This document shows positions 11,336 to 22,293 of a stretch of 64,000 nt of DNA, in pieces. The DNA lies in NCBI RefSeq assembly GCF_054482525.1, contig NZ_CM137006.1; one strand, given 5' to 3'. A program made the translations under genes and the position numbers. Each line of letters opens with the position of its first letter. Position 1 is the first letter of the stretch. The notes under the pieces are model-generated. The model ran no database searches, was not told the origin of the DNA, and saw nothing but the letters and a program-made list of their open reading frames with translations.

Positions 11336-11473
11336 GATTCGGCTCTCCATTTTTTGTTGCCTTAGATATCAATGAAAATGAAAAATGGCAGCGGAACGGA
11401 AAATCTGTTTTGTGAAAACACACGCATAAAAATGTTTTAAATCGGGTTTTAATGGACTCACAAGGAGGAAAAT

Positions 11474-12388
11474 ATGAGTCGTTCACAAAATTTACGCCAC
11501 AATGTGATTAACCAGGTCATTGATGATATGGCGCGGGGTCATATCCCTTCCCCACTTCCATCGCAAAGTGCGCTGGCGGAAATGTACAACATCAGCCGCA
11601 CTACAGTGCGTCATATTCTCAGCCACTTACGCGAATGCGGCGTCTTAACGCAGGTTGGAAACGACTATGTTATTGCGCGTAAACCTGACCATGATGACGG
11701 TTTCGCCTGTACTACCGCTTCAATGAGTGAACAAAACAAAGTGTTTGAGCAGGCTTTTTTCACGATGATAAACCAGCGCCAGTTACGCCCTGGGGAAACT
11801 TTTTCTGAACTGCAACTGGCTCGGGCCGCGGGTGTCAGCCCGGTTGTAGTAAGAGAATATCTTTTAAAATTCGGCCGTTATAATCTTATTCAAAGCGAAA
11901 AGCGCGGCCAGTGGAGCATGAAGCAATTCGATCAATCCTACGCTGAGCAGCTGTTTGAGCTACGCGAAATGCTCGAAACTCATTCACTTCAGCACTTTCT
12001 CAACCTGCCTGATCATGATCCTCGCTGGCTGCAGGCGAAAACCATGCTCGAACGTCATCGGCTACTGCGTGACAACATCGGCAATAGCTTTCGCATGTTC
12101 TCGCAACTTGACAGAGATTTTCACTCCTTACTGCTTTCAGCTGCCGACAATATCTTTTTTGATCAATCGCTTGAGATCATCTCAGTCATCTTTCATTTTC
12201 ACTATCAATGGGACGAAAGCGATCTTAAACAGCGCAATATCATTGCCGTCGATGAGCATATGACCATTCTCAGCGCTCTGATTTGCCGCAGTGACCTTGA
12301 TGCCACCCTTGCGCTCCGTAACCATTTGAATTCAGCTAAACAATCAATGATTCGATCCATTAATGAGAACACGCGTTATGCTCATTAA
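11474..12388 (+). CDS. lgoR: GntR/FadR-family transcriptional regulator of L-galactonate genes
   Basis: 304 aa; N-terminal winged HTH (LPSQSALAEMYNISRTTVRHIL). Confidence 0.8.
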   Translation: MSRSQNLRHNVINQVIDDMARGHIPSPLPSQSALAEMYNISRTTVRHILSHLRECGVLTQVGNDYVIARKPDHDDGFACTTASMSEQNKVFEQAFFTMINQRQLRPGETFSELQLARAAGVSPVVVREYLLKFGRYNLIQSEKRGQWSMKQFDQSYAEQLFELREMLETHSLQHFLNLPDHDPRWLQAKTMLERHRLLRDNIGNSFRMFSQLDRDFHSLLLSAADNIFFDQSLEIISVIFHFHYQWDESDLKQRNIIAVDEHMTILSALICRSDLDATLALRNHLNSAKQSMIRSINENTRYAH

Positions 12389-12551
12389 GTACGGATTAAA
12401 AACAGCAAACTATTAGCGGGTGCACGGTTTTATCAAAAGATAAATACCGGGAAATTCCCGCTTACCTATGCTCACAATCAGTCGACTAAAAATGTTTTTG
12501 TGAGCGGTAGTAAAGTCCTAAAACTTTAACCTGCCGTTAATGTCAACCTTG

Positions 12552-12568
12552 CGTAATGCACAATTACG
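12552..12568. promoter_or_regulatory. inverted repeat CGTAAT-gcaca-ATTACG, operator candidate upstream of lgoT
   Basis: 6-bp arms, 5-bp spacer, 35 bp upstream of lgoT start. Confidence 0.3.
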
Positions 12569-12602
12569 TAAACAATTAAAATTATAAATACAGGAGTCCG
12601 GC

Positions 12603-13964
12603 GTGGAAAAAGAAAATATCACCCTCGATCCGCGTTCTTCATTTACTCCATCTTCGTCGGCAGATATTCCCGTGCCACCAGATGGATTAGTTCAACGCAG
12701 TACCCGAATTAAACGCATTCAAGCCACCGCCATGTTGTTATTATTTTTTGCGGCGGTAATCAATTATCTCGACCGCAGTTCGCTGTCGGTAGCAAATTTA
12801 ACGATTCGTGAAGAATTGGGATTAAGTGCCACCGAAATCGGCGCTTTGCTCTCCGTGTTTTCACTCGCTTACGGGATTGCGCAACTTCCTTGCGGCCCAC
12901 TATTGGATCGTAAAGGCCCACGCCTGATGCTGGGACTGGGGATGTTCTTCTGGTCACTGTTCCAGGCCATGTCTGGCATGGTGCACAGCTTTACGCAGTT
13001 CGTGTTGGTGCGTATCGGTATGGGGATTGGTGAAGCGCCGATGAACCCATGTGGCGTAAAAGTCATTAACGACTGGTTCAACATCAAAGAGCGCGGACGC
13101 CCGATGGGCTTCTTCAACGCAGCTTCTACCATTGGCGTAGCCGTAAGCCCACCGATTCTGGCAGCGATGATGCTGGTGATGGGCTGGCGCGGGATGTTTA
13201 TTACCATTGGTGTACTGGGGATTTTTCTCGCCATCGGCTGGTATATGCTCTATCGCAACCGCGAGCACGTAGAACTGACTGCCGTTGAACAAGCTTATCT
13301 CAATGCAGGTAGCGTCAATGCCCGCCGAGATCCGCTCAGTTTTGCCGAATGGCGCAGCCTGTTCCGTAACCGCACAATGTGGGGAATGATGCTCGGATTC
13401 AGTGGCATCAACTACACTGCGTGGCTGTATCTGGCCTGGCTTCCTGGTTACCTGCAAACAGCCTATAACCTGGATTTAAAAAGCACAGGGTTGATGGCGG
13501 CTATCCCTTTCCTGTTTGGGGCTGCCGGGATGCTGGTCAACGGTTACGTTACTGACTGGCTGGTCAAAGGGGGAATGGCTCCGATTAAAAGCCGTAAGAT
13601 CTGCATTATTGCCGGGATGTTCTGTTCTGCCGCCTTTACGCTGGTCGTACCGCAAGCGACAACATCCATGACGGCGGTTCTGCTGATTGGCATGGCACTG
13701 TTCTGTATTCACTTTGCCGGAACATCCTGCTGGGGCTTGATCCACGTCGCAGTTGCTTCTCGCATGACTGCATCGGTGGGCAGTATCCAGAACTTTGCCA
13801 GCTTCATCTGCGCCTCTTTTGCGCCGATCATTACTGGTTTTATTGTTGATACCACCCACTCATTCCGTCTGGCACTAATCATCTGCGGTTGCGTCACCGC
13901 GGCGGGTGCACTGGCGTACATCTTCCTGGTTCGTCAGCCGATCAACGACCCGCGTAAAGATTAA
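12603..13964 (+). CDS. lgoT: MFS transporter (L-galactonate:H+ symporter)
   Basis: 453 aa, 12-TM MFS pattern; GTG start. Confidence 0.85.
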   Translation: MEKENITLDPRSSFTPSSSADIPVPPDGLVQRSTRIKRIQATAMLLLFFAAVINYLDRSSLSVANLTIREELGLSATEIGALLSVFSLAYGIAQLPCGPLLDRKGPRLMLGLGMFFWSLFQAMSGMVHSFTQFVLVRIGMGIGEAPMNPCGVKVINDWFNIKERGRPMGFFNAASTIGVAVSPPILAAMMLVMGWRGMFITIGVLGIFLAIGWYMLYRNREHVELTAVEQAYLNAGSVNARRDPLSFAEWRSLFRNRTMWGMMLGFSGINYTAWLYLAWLPGYLQTAYNLDLKSTGLMAAIPFLFGAAGMLVNGYVTDWLVKGGMAPIKSRKICIIAGMFCSAAFTLVVPQATTSMTAVLLIGMALFCIHFAGTSCWGLIHVAVASRMTASVGSIQNFASFICASFAPIITGFIVDTTHSFRLALIICGCVTAAGALAYIFLVRQPINDPRKD

Positions 13965-13972
13965 TCTCCCTA

Positions 13973-14006
13973 TGCCCGATAACATTTTGCTTATCGGGCA
14001 TTTTTA
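13973..14006. terminator. bidirectional rho-independent terminator between convergent lgoT and tsr
   Basis: TGCCCGATAA-cattttgc-TTATCGGGCA followed by TTTTTA. Confidence 0.6.
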
Positions 14007-14012
14007 TGGCGA

Positions 14013-15668
14013 TTAAAACGTTTCCCAGTTCTCCTCGCTATCTGCCATGGCCATTTTACGCGGCGTAGCTGGCGTCACGGTTTTTACCACAGCCGATGTT
14101 TCACGCTGCTGTTGCTGAATCCGGAACACTGCCACAGCTTCGGTCAGGCGACTGGCCTGCTCTTCCAGCGCGGCGGCGGCAGCGGCAGATTCTTCCACCA
14201 GCGCAGCGTTCTGTTGAGTTACCCGGTCCATCTCAGCGACCGCTAAGCCAACCTGATCGATACCACGGCTCTGCTCATCAGAAGCAGAAGCTATTTCGCC
14301 CATAATGTCCGTCACGCGGGTCACAGCACTGACAATCTCCGCCATTGTTTCCCCGGCGCTTTCGACCAGCGTAGAGCCAACATCCACTTTCCCCACCGAG
14401 TCTTCAATCAGGCTTTTAATTTCACGAGCCGCCTGGGCGCTACGCTGGGCCAGATTACGCACTTCTCCCGCAACCACCGCAAAACCGCGCCCTTGCTCAC
14501 CCGCACGCGCAGCCTCAACCGCGGCGTTCAAAGCCAGAATATTGGTCTGGAAGGCAATGCCGTCAATTACGCTGATAATATCGGCGATTTTCTGCGAACT
14601 GGTGGAGATATCGCGCATGGTCTGCACCACGTTATCCACCACTTTGCCGCCGCGTTGCGCCGTTTCAGAAGCACTTAATGCCAGATGGCTGGCCTGGCGC
14701 GCATTCTCGGCGTTCTGTTTCACCGTTGCGGTCAGTTGCTCCATGCTGGCTGCCGTCTCTTCCAGCGAAGCGGCCTGTTGCTCGGTGCGCGAAGAGAGAT
14801 CGTTATTACCGGTGGCGATTTCGCTGGCACCGCTATAGATGGCATTGGCCCCGTTGCGCACATCACCGACGGTACGCATCAGCTCTCCCTGCATATGGCG
14901 CAAACTCTCTGCCAGTTGCCCCATCTCATTAGAGCCATCCACCTCAATCGGTTTCACCAGATCGCCGCCTGCAATATGACGAATGCTGTCAATCAGGCGA
15001 TTCATTGGCGCTACCAACGAGGCTTTAATACCGAACCAGACGGCGAAGATGACCGCCAGTACGACGATCATCACGCCCACCAGAATCCACATCGCCTGGC
15101 TGTAGGAGGCATTGTTATCGCTGACGGCGATATCATAGAGCCGATCGTTTTGCTCCATGTAAGCCACATACTGCTTCTCGAAAGCGTCCTGATATCCCTG
15201 GGTCGGCTGATCAAAGAACTCGTTGATTTTGCCTGCACCTAACAGTTGGATCAGCTCCGCCAGCGCATTGTGATAAATATCGTAATTACGTTTGATCTCT
15301 GACGCTGCGGCGGTGCTCTGACGCGGGTCACGCGGCAACGCTTCGTAATCCGCCCAGTTTTTTTCCGCCTGTTTCAGCGAAATACTGGCACTCTGCATCA
15401 GCTCAGCAACGGTTGAACCGCTACCAATATTATTCTGATCCATCATGTAGCGGATACCCGCGCGGTTGAGGGTGTTACGCGTCTGCAACAACGCAACCCA
15501 GCTGCCATTCAGCGTGGATTGCTGCTGGCGAATGGTTTGTAAAACAGTGAAATTTTCTTTGTCATTCTTTAAGGCATTAAAGAACAGACCGCCTGAAGTC
15601 AGTTGTAAAAGGCCAAAAACGGCCAAAACCAGCAGTAAGCTGGTCACAATTTTGATACGTTTTAACAT
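14013..15668 (-). CDS. tsr: methyl-accepting chemotaxis protein I (serine chemoreceptor)
   Basis: 551 aa; HAMP plus MCP signalling domain, methylation-site EEQ/QEE repeats, C-terminal NWETF pentapeptide. Confidence 0.95.
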   Translation of the reverse strand: MLKRIKIVTSLLLVLAVFGLLQLTSGGLFFNALKNDKENFTVLQTIRQQQSTLNGSWVALLQTRNTLNRAGIRYMMDQNNIGSGSTVAELMQSASISLKQAEKNWADYEALPRDPRQSTAAASEIKRNYDIYHNALAELIQLLGAGKINEFFDQPTQGYQDAFEKQYVAYMEQNDRLYDIAVSDNNASYSQAMWILVGVMIVVLAVIFAVWFGIKASLVAPMNRLIDSIRHIAGGDLVKPIEVDGSNEMGQLAESLRHMQGELMRTVGDVRNGANAIYSGASEIATGNNDLSSRTEQQAASLEETAASMEQLTATVKQNAENARQASHLALSASETAQRGGKVVDNVVQTMRDISTSSQKIADIISVIDGIAFQTNILALNAAVEAARAGEQGRGFAVVAGEVRNLAQRSAQAAREIKSLIEDSVGKVDVGSTLVESAGETMAEIVSAVTRVTDIMGEIASASDEQSRGIDQVGLAVAEMDRVTQQNAALVEESAAAAAALEEQASRLTEAVAVFRIQQQQRETSAVVKTVTPATPRKMAMADSEENWETF

Positions 15669-15698
15669 GGTTTCTCTTTCCTGTGGACCGATGCAAGA

Positions 15699-15725
15699 TT
15701 TTCGGCCTGGAAAGCAAAAACTTTA
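15699..15725 (-). promoter_or_regulatory. sigma28 (FliA) promoter for tsr
   Basis: Minus strand reads TAAAGTTT-N11-GCCGAAAA versus consensus TAAAGTTT-N11-GCCGATAA, about 30 bp upstream of tsr ATG. Confidence 0.65.
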
Positions 15726-15786
15726 TGAAAAGGTGTAACCCGCCATCCATGGAAAAACCAGGCGCTGGTTATCAGATATTAAAAAG

Positions 15787-16233
15787 TTATTCATTATCGC
15801 CCGGGATGTCTTCTTGTCGGGAATTACCCAGAGCAATAAATTCCTCTAACAGATGGGTTAACTGTTGCATTTTCTCGGCAGTAAACTGAGCTTCAATCTG
15901 CCGATAGGCTTCTTCAATCTGTGTCTGAGCGCGGTTATACAGGGCCTGCCCCTCTTTGGTCAGCGAGATATAGAGCTTCCGCTGATCATTGATCGGCTTT
16001 AATCGCAACACTAAACCGTCGCGTTCCATCCGCGTGAGGATCCCGGTCAGGCTTGGGCGCAAAATGCAGGCGCGATACGCCAGATCGTGAAAATCCATTG
16101 ATGGGCTTTCCGCCAGAATACGCACGATGCGCCACTGTTGCTCTGTCAAATTATGCCGTTTAACGATTGGGCGAAAATAACTCATCGCCGCTTCTCGCGC
16201 CTGGAGCAACGCAATGGTTAGTGAGTCGTGCAT
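15787..16233 (-). CDS. hpaR: MarR-family repressor of homoprotocatechuate degradation
   Basis: 148 aa from MHDSLTIALLQ; MarR winged helix; divergent from hpaG. Confidence 0.85.
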   Translation of the reverse strand: MHDSLTIALLQAREAAMSYFRPIVKRHNLTEQQWRIVRILAESPSMDFHDLAYRACILRPSLTGILTRMERDGLVLRLKPINDQRKLYISLTKEGQALYNRAQTQIEEAYRQIEAQFTAEKMQQLTHLLEEFIALGNSRQEDIPGDNE

Positions 16234-16504
16234 TATCTTTCCCCTGAAAAATTCAAAATCATTAATATAGAAACAGTTAATCATCACGTTACCGGGACTG
16301 CGCTGCCCCTGCAATTCTTCATTTTATCAAAATTGAGCATGTTTTGTTAACTTACTGATATTTAATATTTTATTATCTTTAAATGTAAATAGTTTGTTAA
16401 TTAGATCACATTTACATCACTTACTTTTGCCAAACTACGCAATCGGGAATAAAAGTAATCATTAACATATTAATGATTAAGATGATCGAATCCGAGGAGT
16501 GGTA
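16234..16504. promoter_or_regulatory. divergent hpaR / hpaG promoter-operator region
   Basis: AT-rich 270-bp spacer between divergent starts; RBS GGAG before hpaG ATG; HpaR operators expected here (not individually resolved). Confidence 0.4.
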
Positions 16505-17794
16505 ATGAAAGGCACTATCTTCGCCGTAGCGTTGAACCATCGCAGCCAACTTGATGCATGGCAGGAAGCGTTCCAGCAATCCCCCTACAAAGCCCCGCCT
16601 AAAACTGCGGTCTGGTTTATTAAACCGCGCAATACGGTGATTGGTTGCGGTGAACCGATTCCCTTTCCACAGGGTGAAAAGGTACTGAGCGGTGCGACTG
16701 TTGCGCTGATTGTGGGAAAAACGGCGACGAAAGTACGTGAAGAAGATGCAGCAGAGTACATCGCCGGATATGCGCTGGCTAACGACGTCAGCCTGCCGGA
16801 AGAGAGCTTTTACCGCCCGGCAATCAAAGCAAAATGTCGTGATGGATTCTGCCCCATTGGCGAAACCGTGGCTCTCAGCAATGTCGATAATCTGACCATC
16901 TATACCGAGATCAACGGGCGTCCTGCCGATCACTGGAACACCGCCGATTTACAACGTAATGCCGCGCAGTTGCTGAGCGCTCTGAGCGAATTTGCCACGC
17001 TGAATCCAGGCGATGCCATTCTGCTCGGCACGCCACAGGCGCGCGTGGAAATACAGCCAGGCGATCGCGTTCGTGTTCTCGCTGAAGGTTTCCCGCCACT
17101 GGAAAATCCGGTAATGGACGAACGTGAAGTGACCACGCGCAAGAGCTTCCCAACGCAGCCACACCCGCACGGCACGCTGTTTGCCCTCGGCCTGAACTAC
17201 GCCGACCACGCCAGCGAACTGGAATTTAAGCCACCGGAAGAACCGCTGGTGTTCCTGAAAGCGCCGAATACCCTCACTGGCGATAACCAGACCTCCGTGC
17301 GCCCGAACAATATTGAATATATGCACTACGAAGCGGAGCTGGTGGTGGTGATTGGCAAGCAGGCGCGTAACGTCAGCGAAGCCGATGCTATGGATTATGT
17401 CGCGGGCTACACCGTGTGTAACGACTACGCCATTCGCGACTATCTGGAAAACTACTACCGCCCTAACCTGCGGGTAAAAAGCCGCGACGGACTGACGCCG
17501 ATGCTTTCAACCATCGTGCCGAAAGAGGCGATCCCGGACCCGCATAATCTGACCCTTCGCACCTTCGTCAACGGCGAGTTACGCCAGAAAGGCACCACCG
17601 CCGATCTGATCTTCAGCGTGCCCTTCCTGATCGCCTACTTAAGCGAATTTATGACCCTGAATCCGGGCGACATGATCGCCACCGGCACACCAAAAGGCTT
17701 ATCTGACGTGGTGCCTGGCGATGAAGTAGTAGTGGAAGTAGAAGGCGTGGGCCGCCTGGTGAACCGAATTGTGAGTGAGGAAACAGCGAAATGA
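16505..17794 (+). CDS. hpaG: bifunctional 5-oxopent-3-ene-1,2,5-tricarboxylate decarboxylase / 2-hydroxyhepta-2,4-diene-1,7-dioate isomerase (tandem FAH-fold)
   Basis: 429 aa; two homologous halves; first gene of meta-cleavage operon. Confidence 0.88.
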   Translation: MKGTIFAVALNHRSQLDAWQEAFQQSPYKAPPKTAVWFIKPRNTVIGCGEPIPFPQGEKVLSGATVALIVGKTATKVREEDAAEYIAGYALANDVSLPEESFYRPAIKAKCRDGFCPIGETVALSNVDNLTIYTEINGRPADHWNTADLQRNAAQLLSALSEFATLNPGDAILLGTPQARVEIQPGDRVRVLAEGFPPLENPVMDEREVTTRKSFPTQPHPHGTLFALGLNYADHASELEFKPPEEPLVFLKAPNTLTGDNQTSVRPNNIEYMHYEAELVVVIGKQARNVSEADAMDYVAGYTVCNDYAIRDYLENYYRPNLRVKSRDGLTPMLSTIVPKEAIPDPHNLTLRTFVNGELRQKGTTADLIFSVPFLIAYLSEFMTLNPGDMIATGTPKGLSDVVPGDEVVVEVEGVGRLVNRIVSEETAK

Positions 17795-19257
17795 AAAAAG
17801 TAAATCATTGGATCAACGGCAAAAATGTTGCAGGTAACGACTACTTCCAGACCACCAATCCGGCAACGGGTGAAGTGCTGGCGGATGTGGCCTCTGGCGG
17901 TGAAGCGGAGATCAATCAGGCGGTAGCGGCAGCGAAAGAGGCGTTCCCGAAATGGGCCAATCTGCCGATGAAAGAGCGTGCGCGCCTGATGCGCCGTCTG
18001 GGCGATCTGATCGACCAGAACGTGCCTGAGATCGCCGCGATGGAAACCGCGGACACGGGCCTGCCAATCCATCAGACCAAAAATGTGTTGATCCCACGCG
18101 CTTCTCACAACTTTGAATTTTTCGCGGAAGTCTGCCAGCAGATGAACGGCAAGACCTATCCGGTTGACGACAAGATGCTCAACTACACGCTGGTGCAACC
18201 GGTAGGCGTTTGTGCGCTGGTATCGCCGTGGAACGTGCCGTTTATGACCGCCACATGGAAGGTCGCGCCGTGTCTGGCGCTGGGCAATACCGCGGTGTTG
18301 AAAATGTCGGAACTCTCCCCGCTGACCGCTGACCGCCTGGGTGAGCTGGCGCTGGAAGCCGGTATTCCGGCGGGCGTGCTGAACGTGGTACAGGGCTACG
18401 GCGCAACCGCAGGCGATGCGCTGGTTCGTCATCATGACGTACGTGCCGTGTCGTTCACCGGCGGTACGGCCACCGGGCGCAACATCATGAAAAACGCCGG
18501 GCTGAAAAAATACTCCATGGAACTGGGCGGTAAATCGCCGGTGCTGATTTTTGAAGATGCCGATATTGAACGCGCGCTGGACGCTGCCCTGTTCACCATC
18601 TTCTCGATCAACGGCGAGCGCTGCACCGCCGGTTCGCGCATCTTTATTCAGCAAAGCATCTACCCGGAATTCGTTAAACGCTTTGCCGAACGCGCCAACC
18701 GTCTGCGCGTGGGCGATCCGAACGATCCGAATACCCAGGTTGGGGCGCTTATCAGCCAGCAACACTGGGAAAAAGTCTCCGGCTATATTCGTCTCGGCAT
18801 TGAAGAAGGCGCAACCCTGCTGGCGGGCGGTCCGGATAAACCGTCCGACCTGCCTGCGCACCTGAAAGGCGGCAACTTCCTGCGCCCAACGGTGCTGGCT
18901 GACGTTGATAACCGTATGCGCGTCGCCCAGGAAGAGATTTTCGGGCCGGTCGCCTGTCTGCTGCCGTTTAAAGACGAAGCCGAAGGCTTACGTCTGGCAA
19001 ACGACGTGGAGTACGGCCTCGCGTCGTACATCTGGACACAGGATGTCAGCAAAGTGTTACGCCTGGCGCGTGGCATTGAAGCAGGCATGGTGTTCGTCAA
19101 CACCCAGAACGTGCGTGACCTGCGCCAGCCATTTGGCGGCGTAAAAGCCTCCGGCACCGGGCGTGAAGGCGGTGAGTACAGCTTCGAAGTGTTCGCGGAA
19201 ATGAAGAACGTCTGCATTTCCATGGGCGACCATCCAATTCCGAAATGGGGAGTCTGA
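17791..19257 (+). CDS. hpaE: 5-carboxymethyl-2-hydroxymuconate semialdehyde dehydrogenase (NAD aldehyde dehydrogenase)
   Basis: 488 aa; aldehyde dehydrogenase active-site region; ATGA overlap with hpaG. Confidence 0.9.
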   Translation: MKKVNHWINGKNVAGNDYFQTTNPATGEVLADVASGGEAEINQAVAAAKEAFPKWANLPMKERARLMRRLGDLIDQNVPEIAAMETADTGLPIHQTKNVLIPRASHNFEFFAEVCQQMNGKTYPVDDKMLNYTLVQPVGVCALVSPWNVPFMTATWKVAPCLALGNTAVLKMSELSPLTADRLGELALEAGIPAGVLNVVQGYGATAGDALVRHHDVRAVSFTGGTATGRNIMKNAGLKKYSMELGGKSPVLIFEDADIERALDAALFTIFSINGERCTAGSRIFIQQSIYPEFVKRFAERANRLRVGDPNDPNTQVGALISQQHWEKVSGYIRLGIEEGATLLAGGPDKPSDLPAHLKGGNFLRPTVLADVDNRMRVAQEEIFGPVACLLPFKDEAEGLRLANDVEYGLASYIWTQDVSKVLRLARGIEAGMVFVNTQNVRDLRQPFGGVKASGTGREGGEYSFEVFAEMKNVCISMGDHPIPKWGV

Positions 19258-19258
19258 T

Positions 19259-20110
19259 ATGGGTAAGTTAGCGTTAGCCGCCAAGATCACGCACGTACCG
19301 TCGATGTATCTCTCTGAACTGCCAGGGAAAAACCACGGTTGCCGCCAGGGTGCGATTGACGGGCATAAAGAGATCAGCAAGCGTTGCCGGGAAATGGGCG
19401 TCGATACCATTATCGTTTTCGATACCCACTGGCTGGTCAACAGTGCTTATCACATCAACTGTGCAGACCATTTTGAAGGCGTCTACACCAGCAACGAGCT
19501 GCCGCATTTTATCCGCGATATGACCTACAACTACGAGGGCAACCCGGAGTTGGGGCAGCTTATTGCCGATGAAGCCTTAAAACTCGGCGTGCGGGCAAAA
19601 GCGCACAATATTCCCAGCCTGAAACTGGAATACGGCACGCTGGTGCCAATGCGCTACATGAATGAAGACAAGCACTTCAAAGTGGTCTCCATTTCGGCTT
19701 TCTGCACGGTTCACGATTTTGCCGACAGCCGCAAGCTTGGCGAAGCGATTGTGAAAGCGATCGAACAGTACGACGGCACCGTGGCGGTCCTTGCCAGCGG
19801 TTCGTTATCGCACCGCTTTATTGACGATCAGCGTGCGGAAGAAGGGATGAACAGCTACACCCGCGAGTTCGACCGCCAGATGGACGAGCGCGTGGTGAAG
19901 CTGTGGCGCGAAGGCCAGTTCAAAGAGTTCTGCAATATGCTGCCGGAGTACGCCGACTACTGCTACGGCGAAGGCAATATGCACGACACGGTGATGCTGC
20001 TGGGGATGCTCGGCTGGGATAAATACGACGGCAAGGTGGAGTTTATTACCGAGCTGTTCCCAAGCTCTGGCACTGGTCAGGTTAACGCTGTTTTCCCGCT
20101 TCCCGCGTAA
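19259..20110 (+). CDS. hpaD: 3,4-dihydroxyphenylacetate 2,3-dioxygenase (extradiol)
   Basis: 283 aa; starts 2 bp after hpaE stop. Confidence 0.88.
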   Translation: MGKLALAAKITHVPSMYLSELPGKNHGCRQGAIDGHKEISKRCREMGVDTIIVFDTHWLVNSAYHINCADHFEGVYTSNELPHFIRDMTYNYEGNPELGQLIADEALKLGVRAKAHNIPSLKLEYGTLVPMRYMNEDKHFKVVSISAFCTVHDFADSRKLGEAIVKAIEQYDGTVAVLASGSLSHRFIDDQRAEEGMNSYTREFDRQMDERVVKLWREGQFKEFCNMLPEYADYCYGEGNMHDTVMLLGMLGWDKYDGKVEFITELFPSSGTGQVNAVFPLPA

Positions 20111-20119
20111 GGAACCACC

Positions 20120-20500
20120 ATGCCGCACTTTATCGTGGAATGTACTGAAAATATTCGTCAAGAAGCCCGCTTACCTGAGCTGTTTGCCAGTGTTAACACC
20201 GCACTGGCGGCGACGGGGATTTTTCCGCTTGGGGGAATACGTAGCCGGGCGCACTGGATCGATACCTGGCAAATGGCCGATGGCAAGCACGATTACGCCT
20301 TTGTGCATATGACGCTAAAAATCGGCAGCGGGCGCAGTCTGGAAAGCCGTCAGGAAGTAGGTGAAATGCTGTTTGATCTGATTAAAACGCACTTCGCCTC
20401 ACTGATGGAGAGCCGTTACCTGGCGCTTTCATTTGAGATTGCAGAGCTGCACCCGACGTTGAATTTCAAACAGAACAACGTACACGCGTTGTTTAAATAA
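20120..20500 (+). CDS. hpaF: 5-carboxymethyl-2-hydroxymuconate isomerase
   Basis: 126 aa; N-terminal MPHFIVECT. Confidence 0.88.
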   Translation: MPHFIVECTENIRQEARLPELFASVNTALAATGIFPLGGIRSRAHWIDTWQMADGKHDYAFVHMTLKIGSGRSLESRQEVGEMLFDLIKTHFASLMESRYLALSFEIAELHPTLNFKQNNVHALFK

Positions 20501-20567
20501 ATTTGCACCAGCTTCCAGGCCGGATGATAAGGCGCAGCCGCATCCGGCAATGCCACAGGATATCGCC

Positions 20568-21371
20568 ATGTTCGATAAACACACCCACACCCTGATCGCC
20601 CAGCGTCTGGATCAGGCAGAAAAACAGCGCGAACAGATCCGCGCGATCTCGCTGGATTACCCGGAGATCACCATCGAAGACGCTTACGCGGTGCAGCGTG
20701 AATGGGTTCGACTGAAAATCGCCGAAGGTCGCACGCTGAAAGGCCACAAAATCGGCCTGACCTCGAAAGCGATGCAGGCCAGCTCACAAATCAGCGAGCC
20801 GGATTACGGTGCCCTGCTGGATGACATGTTCTTCCACGATGGCAGCGATATCCCGACCGATCGCTTTATCGTGCCGCGCATTGAAGTGGAGCTGGCTTTC
20901 GTGCTGGCAAAACCGCTGCGTGGGCCAAACTGCACGCTGTTCGACGTTTACAACGCCACGGACTATGTGATCCCGGCGCTGGAGCTGATCGACGCTCGCT
21001 GCCACAACATCGATCCGGAAACCCAGCGCCCGCGTAAAGTGTTCGACACCATTTCTGATAACGCCGCCAATGCCGGGGTGATCCTCGGTGGTCGTCCGAT
21101 CAAACCTGACGAGCTGGATCTGCGTTGGATCTCCGCCCTCATGTATCGCAATGGCGTGATTGAAGAAACCGGCGTCGCCGCTGGTGTGCTGAATCATCCG
21201 GCAAACGGCGTGGCCTGGCTGGCGAACAAACTCGCACCGTATGACGTACAACTGGAAGCCGGGCAAATCATTCTCGGCGGTTCGTTCACCCGCCCGGTTC
21301 CGGCGCGTAAGGGCGACACCTTCCACGTCGATTACGGCAACATGGGTTCCATTAGCTGCCGCTTTGTTTAA
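20568..21371 (+). CDS. hpaH: 2-oxo-hept-4-ene-1,7-dioate hydratase
   Basis: 267 aa from MFDKHTH; FAH-fold hydratase. Confidence 0.88.
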   Translation: MFDKHTHTLIAQRLDQAEKQREQIRAISLDYPEITIEDAYAVQREWVRLKIAEGRTLKGHKIGLTSKAMQASSQISEPDYGALLDDMFFHDGSDIPTDRFIVPRIEVELAFVLAKPLRGPNCTLFDVYNATDYVIPALELIDARCHNIDPETQRPRKVFDTISDNAANAGVILGGRPIKPDELDLRWISALMYRNGVIEETGVAAGVLNHPANGVAWLANKLAPYDVQLEAGQIILGGSFTRPVPARKGDTFHVDYGNMGSISCRFV

Positions 21372-21381
21372 GGAGAGAACG

Positions 21382-22170
21382 ATGGAAAACAGTTTTAAAG
21401 CGGCGCTGAAAGCAGGCCGCCCGCAGATCGGATTATGGCTGGGGCTAAGTAGCAGCTACAGCGCAGAGTTACTGGCCGGAGCAGGATTCGACTGGTTATT
21501 GATCGACGGTGAGCACGCGCCGAATAACGTGCAAACCGTGCTCACCCAACTACAGGCGATTGCGCCCTATCCCAGCCAGCCGGTAGTACGTCCGTCGTGG
21601 AACGATCCGGTGCAAATCAAACAACTGCTGGACGTCGGCACACAAACCTTACTGGTGCCGATGGTACAAAACGCCGACGAAGCCCGTGAAGCGGTACGCG
21701 CCACCCGTTATCCCCCCGCCGGTATTCGTGGTGTGGGCAGTGCGCTGGCCCGCGCCTCGCGCTGGAATCGTATTCCTGATTACCTGCAAAAAGCCAACGA
21801 TCAAATGTGCGTGCTGGTGCAGATCGAAACGCGTGAGGCAATGAAGAACCTACCGCAGATTCTGGACGTGGAAGGGGTAGACGGCGTGTTTATCGGCCCG
21901 GCGGATCTGAGCGCCGATATGGGTTATGCCGGTAATCCGCAGCACCCGGAAGTGCAGGCCGCCATTGAACAGGCGATCGTGCAAATCCGTGAAGCGGGCA
22001 AAGCGCCGGGGATCCTGATCGCCAATGAGCAACTGGCAAAACGCTACCTGGAACTGGGCGCGCTATTTGTCGCCGTCGGCGTTGACACCACCCTGCTCGC
22101 CCGCGCCGCCGAAGCGCTGGCAGCACGGTTTGGCGCGCAGGCTACAGCGATTAAGCCCGGCGTGTATTAA
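21382..22170 (+). CDS. hpaI: 4-hydroxy-2-oxo-heptane-1,7-dioate aldolase (class II, HpcH/HpaI)
   Basis: 262 aa from [29 protein letters not shown] upstream. Confidence 0.9.
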   Translation: MENSFKAALKAGRPQIGLWLGLSSSYSAELLAGAGFDWLLIDGEHAPNNVQTVLTQLQAIAPYPSQPVVRPSWNDPVQIKQLLDVGTQTLLVPMVQNADEAREAVRATRYPPAGIRGVGSALARASRWNRIPDYLQKANDQMCVLVQIETREAMKNLPQILDVEGVDGVFIGPADLSADMGYAGNPQHPEVQAAIEQAIVQIREAGKAPGILIANEQLAKRYLELGALFVAVGVDTTLLARAAEALAARFGAQATAIKPGVY

Positions 22171-22250
22171 TGCCGGATGCGCTGCGCTTATCCGGCCTAC
22201 ACTCGCACCAAACCGTAGGCCGGATAAGGCGTTTACGCCGCATCCGCCAT
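22171..22250. repeat. pair of REP elements (BIME-like) between hpaI and hpaX
   Basis: TGCCGGATGCGCTGCGCTTATCCGGCCTAC and inverted GTAGGCCGGATAAGGCGTTTACGCCGCATCCGCC. Confidence 0.7.
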
Positions 22251-22293
22251 AAACCTTGTCGTACCCTACAAAAATCCCATTAGAGGAAGAAAA

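Noticed and set aside
11351-11473. CRP-like half-site (TGTGAaaacacACGCA) in the lgoD / lgoR divergent region
   Set aside because: Right half diverges from TCACA; too weak to call without a scoring matrix
17635-18861. 408-aa ORF antisense to hpaE
   Set aside because: Arg/Gly/Ala-rich translation typical of an antisense frame in a GC-rich gene; the sense strand encodes a well-conserved aldehyde dehydrogenase
21241-21381. Upstream extension of the hpaI ORF overlapping the hpaH 3' end
   Set aside because: The conserved N-terminus [12 protein letters not shown] with RBS begins at 21382; the extension is read-through of hpaH sequence in another frame
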